From assembly GCA_949296365.1 (NCBI GenBank), contig CASFPZ010000016.1, forward strand, positions 17,157 to 81,156: a stretch of 64,000 nt of DNA, given 5' to 3'. The position numbers and the translations under genes are program-made. How positions within the stretch are numbered: the first letter of the stretch is position 1; the number at the start of each line of letters is the position of its first letter. Positions 59,177-64,000 of the stretch are shown one piece after another. A model generated the notes under the pieces. That model did not search any database and was not told the DNA's origin. It saw nothing but the letters and a program-made list of their open reading frames with translations. Source of the stretch: an uncultured Akkermansia sp. (lineage in GTDB: Bacteria > Verrucomicrobiota > Verrucomicrobiia > Verrucomicrobiales > Akkermansiaceae).

Positions 59177-59665
59177 TTATTTCTTCTTCTTAACGGGAAT
59201 CACGAGTACCGGCAAGGGGGAATTACGCACAACAGAAGTCGTGACGCTACCCACAATGACACTCTCAATAAACCCGCGACCATGTTTGCCCAACACAATC
59301 AAGTCTATTTGATATTCTTTTGCAAAGTGAATAATGGATTCTCCAACTTCAAATTCATCGCTAACCACTTCTTCTACCTGAGCTTCAGTGATATGACGCA
59401 ACTTCTCTGCATAAGTGTGAAGGCAACGTTCCGCATTGCCACGAATTTCTCCACGTTCGTCTGCATCTAAAATCGGATATGGAATGTCATCTGGTAAGAC
59501 TCCCGTCATTTCGTAACGTATATTAGGCTCTAGAATATGGAGTAAATAGACGACTACGCCCTTTTGAGATTGTATAATGGGAATCAACTTGTCAATCACT
59601 TGATCGGAAGCATCTGAAAAATCGATAGCTACAAGAATTCTATTCATAACACCTTTACTTATCAT
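59177..59665 (-). CDS. Universal stress protein
   Basis: RILVAIDFS, LLHI, DLIVLGKHGRG....GSVT..VVR.SPLPVLVIP. Confidence 0.93.
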   Translation of the reverse strand: MISKGVMNRILVAIDFSDASDQVIDKLIPIIQSQKGVVVYLLHILEPNIRYEMTGVLPDDIPYPILDADERGEIRGNAERCLHTYAEKLRHITEAQVEEVVSDEFEVGESIIHFAKEYQIDLIVLGKHGRGFIESVIVGSVTTSVVRNSPLPVLVIPVKKKK

Positions 59666-59704
59666 AAAAAATCTAAATTGACACCAGAAAAATCCAGTTT
59701 AGCA

Positions 59705-62368
59705 TTATCTCATGAATTTTTCAAAATTCTTAGGTTTTCCAAACTTAGGAACGGTGGGTTCGCCAGCTGCTTGAGCAGATTCATTACGGTAGTCTCCGTA
59801 GAAATTCGAGTTTAGGTCCATCCACAAGGTAATGCGATGCCAATCTTCTGTGTCAAGTTGTACACCATGGTGTCCTTTTTTGAGGAAAGGTAACAACTGC
59901 GACGCCCGTGCTCCAACATCGCCAGGAACCGTCCAGGTGAATTTGTTCTGGGACCAATAACTGCCATTACCGCCATGTCGCGCCCAAGCCATATGGCTGA
60001 GTGTCTGGAATCCATTACTCCACCCAAATCGGTTAACCTGACGCCGTTGCCCATTCTGATAATTGACTATTTGGAAAGTCCGCCCATCTAACAAAGGAGC
60101 ACTAGGTGCATTTTGCTCATGACAATGTACACATTTCTTATCAAGAACTGGCTGAACAAGCCGGGGAAATGTCAACGGATATGAGCCTGTGGGTTCCGGC
60201 TGAAGCCGTGACGGCCCACGAGTCAGCGCCATAGGGGTGTCGGAATGTCTTCGTGAGGCTGGAGTCCGGAAGCGATTTTCATGGCACCCCATGCACGAGA
60301 GTCGTTCTCCTTCGTGGGCATAAGTTGACGATCTCATCGAATGAATAGCTTGCTTGTTCTCATCCAACAATTGGAAATAGACGTTGGTATTGACCGGCAT
60401 GGTAAAATAAGTACTTCCATCTTCTTCCACCGGGACAATACCCAAACTACCTCTTACCAAACTCTGATGCCCTACCCCAATATTGGGTTCGTCGATATAT
60501 GCGTTAGATTTCGGAAATAAATTGACTACACGCAACCATTTAATTTTAACGTCTTTTGGTAAAGGACGTTCTGAATCGTAGACATTCATCACAAAAACCT
60601 CTGCCATATCCGAAATTGTATCTTGTCTACCATCGGCCAAAACCTTAGGCCTTGTCATGTCTGGAATGATTCGAGGACGTTTCCTCGGGCGGAATGGGAT
60701 GGGATCCAAACAGGGGATAGCAGCATCTTGCCAAAGCAATTCCCGGTTGCCAAAACTGTCGACCAAATATAGTCCATAATCATGCCCATCACGATCGTAA
60801 ACACACAGGTAAAAATCTTCGCTGAGTGGCCAGGGAGAACCAAAACGTTCGCCAGAGGAGCTACTAGCCCCATTTCCCCAAGGATAGGCATAGCCAGGAC
60901 TTCTCTCAGCCTCGGGGAAATGAACATCAGGAGTTACTCGTTTGACCTGAGACATAGCGCCATCATCCGGCGTGTCTGGATCTACCAAAATCAGAGATCC
61001 ATATGAAATTCCATGGTGAGGCGCCGCTACTGCAATCAATTTTTTACTCCCCGGTATGGCTCGGAAAGAAAATTCTGCCCAAGGCCGATTTTCGCGTTTA
61101 ACAGCGTAGTTGCCATGAGGAGCTCGAGGATCTCGTCCATCCGGATAACATATCCACAAGTGGTGAGCGCCGCAATCGTCACGGTCTACGTAATCCCATC
61201 TCGTATACGCAATCATTCCATCGTTGGTCACGCTTGGATGCCATTCGTTTGTTTCGTGGAAACTCAAGGGGACAATACCTGAACCATCCTGATTCATCGA
61301 ATACAATACGCCCGCCCCTGTCCAACGCGCTCCACAACGCACATTAGCACCTCGTTCGTCGGAAATATAAGCAATACGTCCGTTCGGTAATTCACAAGGG
61401 TCAAATGCATTATAGTTACCATCTGTCAATTGCCGAAGTTCGCCTGTTTTCAAATCAAAGCGAAACAGATGATAAACACGATCCTGCCCCCAAAAATAAT
61501 GACTGTAGTTCGCCGGTAGACGTTTCACCTCTGCATACGTACCAAAATTCTGTGACCAATCGTCCGTCTCAAGCGCTGGAGTATGTTCCGCCTGAGTCCA
61601 CGCAAAATACAATGCTTCAGCGTCAAATCCTAACTCTAGTGATAAGAACGCCCCATTCTTCAATGGTTTACCCCGCTGACGTCCATTAACCACAGGAGTT
61701 TCTGTCAAAAAAGAATAAGCTTTAGGGTTCTCCGAAAAGGGATTTCGCAGCACCATTGGAGAACCTCCAGCCCTGGCATTAAAACCCATGTATTGGTCGA
61801 CGATGTGAATTTCACCGCGACCGTGCCGTTGATTATAATGTGTCAGAAACACAATTTCAGTCAATCCCTTTAATAATTTGTTGCTGAAGGAAAGTGATCG
61901 GCGAATTGAACAAAGCTCTTTGAAACGGGCTAAATCATCAGATCGATCCTCGAGGGGCAATTCACGATATTGTTTTTCCCAGTCATCTAGTCGGGTTTTC
62001 AATTGTGTCACTACAATATCATTCGGCTGGGCTGTAAGTAAATAATCCAACAGAGCCTTCGTGTTACGTAACACAATGTCACAAGGAGATTTGTCCGTCA
62101 ATTGATATACCGAAGATGGGCGTAATGTTTCTTTGTTAAGTCGTTCAAAATTAAAATGATTCTTTTTAATAAGTTGAATATCGCGTTTCAGATGCGCGAA
62201 CTCGTCTTCCCAGTCTTGTTGCGGAGTCCGAGCAGATGGAAGCCCTTTCTTTTCCAGACCAGGTACATTGCGAAATGATTCACATGGGACCATCTGGGCC
62301 GTCAAAGGAATACTTCCTAATATACAGCCTATTCCCCAAAAACACAGGAAGATGGAAGAGAATTTCAT
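59705..62368 (-). CDS. Secreted HzsA-like beta-propeller protein with two c-type heme motifs
   Basis: Signal peptide; FDPCELPNGRIAYIS, EWHPSV..DG.I.YTRWDYVD, GIVPVEEDGS..F..P, SCMGCHE, KCVHCHE, RITLWMDLN. Confidence 0.78.
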   Translation of the reverse strand: MKFSSIFLCFWGIGCILGSIPLTAQMVPCESFRNVPGLEKKGLPSARTPQQDWEDEFAHLKRDIQLIKKNHFNFERLNKETLRPSSVYQLTDKSPCDIVLRNTKALLDYLLTAQPNDIVVTQLKTRLDDWEKQYRELPLEDRSDDLARFKELCSIRRSLSFSNKLLKGLTEIVFLTHYNQRHGRGEIHIVDQYMGFNARAGGSPMVLRNPFSENPKAYSFLTETPVVNGRQRGKPLKNGAFLSLELGFDAEALYFAWTQAEHTPALETDDWSQNFGTYAEVKRLPANYSHYFWGQDRVYHLFRFDLKTGELRQLTDGNYNAFDPCELPNGRIAYISDERGANVRCGARWTGAGVLYSMNQDGSGIVPLSFHETNEWHPSVTNDGMIAYTRWDYVDRDDCGAHHLWICYPDGRDPRAPHGNYAVKRENRPWAEFSFRAIPGSKKLIAVAAPHHGISYGSLILVDPDTPDDGAMSQVKRVTPDVHFPEAERSPGYAYPWGNGASSSSGERFGSPWPLSEDFYLCVYDRDGHDYGLYLVDSFGNRELLWQDAAIPCLDPIPFRPRKRPRIIPDMTRPKVLADGRQDTISDMAEVFVMNVYDSERPLPKDVKIKWLRVVNLFPKSNAYIDEPNIGVGHQSLVRGSLGIVPVEEDGSTYFTMPVNTNVYFQLLDENKQAIHSMRSSTYAHEGERLSCMGCHENRFRTPASRRHSDTPMALTRGPSRLQPEPTGSYPLTFPRLVQPVLDKKCVHCHEQNAPSAPLLDGRTFQIVNYQNGQRRQVNRFGWSNGFQTLSHMAWARHGGNGSYWSQNKFTWTVPGDVGARASQLLPFLKKGHHGVQLDTEDWHRITLWMDLNSNFYGDYRNESAQAAGEPTVPKFGKPKNFEKFMR

Positions 62369-62536
62369 CAATTTATGTTGGGAGTCTAAGCGCCTCATAC
62401 TTTCATGGATACGAAAATAAAAAACTCCTTCTTTCAAGTAAGTCAGGAAACTACCTAAAAATAAGAATTAAACACTCACATTCATGACATTCCCACTTTA
62501 ATGTTTAAGGCTCACCCAAACTGACTTACTAGGCTC

Positions 62537-62565
62537 TTGAATCATGCTTATAGTATTATTATACT
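62537..62565 (+). promoter_or_regulatory. Sigma70-type promoter of glutamine synthetase III
   Basis: TTGAAT (62537-42), 17 bp, TATACT (62560-65). Confidence 0.55.
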
Positions 62566-62596
62566 TGTCACGTCCTCGACGGGCATTCCTGCGCAT

Positions 62597-64000
62597 ATGA
62601 AAAATAATTCGCCTTCTACTCTGGAAAATGCCTCGCACGTGATTACATCCATTTATGGACAAGACGCATTTGGATTAAAAACGATGCGGAATTACCTCTC
62701 GCGAGAAGTCTATAAAAAACTCTTAGCAACGATCAAGAAAGGTCATCAACTTGATCCTGACATAGCTAATGACGTGGCTGTTGCGATGAAACAATGGGCT
62801 TTAGAAAAAGGAGCCAGCCATTACACTCATTGGTTTCAACCCTTGAATGGATCTACCGCCGGCAAACATGATTCGTTCGTAGAAGTAGACCACGAAGGTA
62901 ATTTGGAACTTGCTTTTTCTGGTAAGAATTTGGTGAAAGGTGAATCGGATGCTTCGAGTTTTCCGACGGGAGGATTGCGTGCAACGTTTGAAGCCCGCGG
63001 ATACACTGCATGGGACCCAACAAGTCCAGCATTTATCAAACGCACCGGCCATGGAGCGACATTGTGCATTCCAACGGCATTTTGCTCATATAAGGGAGAA
63101 GCATTAGACAAAAAGACTCCATTACTGCGGTCAATGAAAACTGTATCGATGCAGACAAAGCGATTGTTGGCCTGTTTTGGAGAATCGCAAGACATCCGGG
63201 TAACTCCAGATTTGGGTGCTGAACAGGAATATTTCTTGATCGACAAAAAACTTTTCAGCCAACGGCCAGATTTGATGATGTGTGGGCGTACACTTTTTGG
63301 GAACATTCCGCCAAAACACCAGCAAATGGAAGACCACTATTACGCCTCCATCGAAGACCGTATTCTTGAATTTATGGTCGATGTCGACAAAGCCTTGTGG
63401 GCACTCGGAATCCCTGCAAAAACTAGGCATAATGAAGTAGCACCTTGCCAATTTGAAATTGCGCCGATGTTTGAAAGCCTCAACTTGGCTGTTGACCACA
63501 ACATGCTGCTAATGGAGGTATTGCGCCGAACTGCTAATAAACACGGTTTGGTTTGCTTGTTGCATGAAAAACCTTTTGAAGGGGTCAATGGGTCTGGTAA
63601 ACACAACAACTGGTCTCTAGGAGCTCCAGGATTTGGCAGTCTGTTCAACCCCGGCAAAAGCCCACACGAAAACGCCATATTTCTCACCTTGCTCTGTTGC
63701 GTGATCATGGCCGTCGATAAACATGCTGACATCTTATTAGCTTCAGTCGCAAAAGCAGGTAACGAACACCGTCTAGGAGCAAACGAAGCCCCCCCAGCAA
63801 TCATCTCTATTTATCTGGGAGAAATGCTAGATGAAATCATCCAACAAATCGAAAACGGAGGGTCGGGATCACCTCACGAAAAAGGCGGAGTGATGAACAT
63901 TGGGGTAGATTCTCTACCTATTTTACCAATCGATGCCTCAGACCGCAATCGGACAAGTCCATTCGCTTTCACGGTAAACAAGTTTGAGTTCAGGGCCGTA
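62597..64000 (+). CDS. glnA: Type III glutamine synthetase, 3'-truncated by the window (missing from the ORF track)
   Basis: [103 protein letters not shown]. Confidence 0.96.
   Translation, partial: MKNNSPSTLENASHVITSIYGQDAFGLKTMRNYLSREVYKKLLATIKKGHQLDPDIANDVAVAMKQWALEKGASHYTHWFQPLNGSTAGKHDSFVEVDHEGNLELAFSGKNLVKGESDASSFPTGGLRATFEARGYTAWDPTSPAFIKRTGHGATLCIPTAFCSYKGEALDKKTPLLRSMKTVSMQTKRLLACFGESQDIRVTPDLGAEQEYFLIDKKLFSQRPDLMMCGRTLFGNIPPKHQQMEDHYYASIEDRILEFMVDVDKALWALGIPAKTRHNEVAPCQFEIAPMFESLNLAVDHNMLLMEVLRRTANKHGLVCLLHEKPFEGVNGSGKHNNWSLGAPGFGSLFNPGKSPHENAIFLTLLCCVIMAVDKHADILLASVAKAGNEHRLGANEAPPAIISIYLGEMLDEIIQQIENGGSGSPHEKGGVMNIGVDSLPILPIDASDRNRTSPFAFTVNKFEFRAV

Noticed and set aside
59705-62368. 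Anammox capability
   Set aside because: An HzsA-like domain alone is widespread, and no other hydrazine synthase subunits are present.

Overview
Bacterial chromosomal window. It is most consistent with an Akkermansia-like verrucomicrobium, an inference from gene content (CbiFGH fusion, LpxL-GT9 fusion, speA-nspC, GSIII, HzsA-like protein). The backbone is housekeeping: ligA, coaC, thiD, malQ, two msbA-like ABC transporters, tmk, recJ, speA, nspC, gatB, menA, uppP, tcdA, ymdB, usp and a partial type III glutamine synthetase. Accessory content: (1) a cobalamin-riboswitch-led anaerobic corrin operon (cbiL, Gate-domain membrane protein, cbiC, cbiD, cbiET, cbiFGH, cbiA) whose CbiA carries an unexpected C-terminal chloramphenicol-phosphotransferase-like kinase domain; (2) a 5.6 kb defence islet (26600-32195) bounded by IS903-type inverted repeats, holding an AbiL/RloAB-like ATPase, a doubly inactivated RloB, and a type II RM pair whose C5 methyltransferase has an N-terminal HTH and a perfect palindrome in its own promoter; (3) an hldE-gmhA-gmhB heptose islet between IS remnants, plus a separate nucleotidyltransferase/GHMP-kinase fusion; (4) an RppH-like Nudix/PPK2 fusion next to a DeoR regulator and a catalytically degenerate NadE. 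All IS copies seen (IS903-type, IS5-type, IS1634-type) are decayed. I found no rRNA, tRNA or CRISPR array. All family assignments come from motif recognition by eye; no database search was run.
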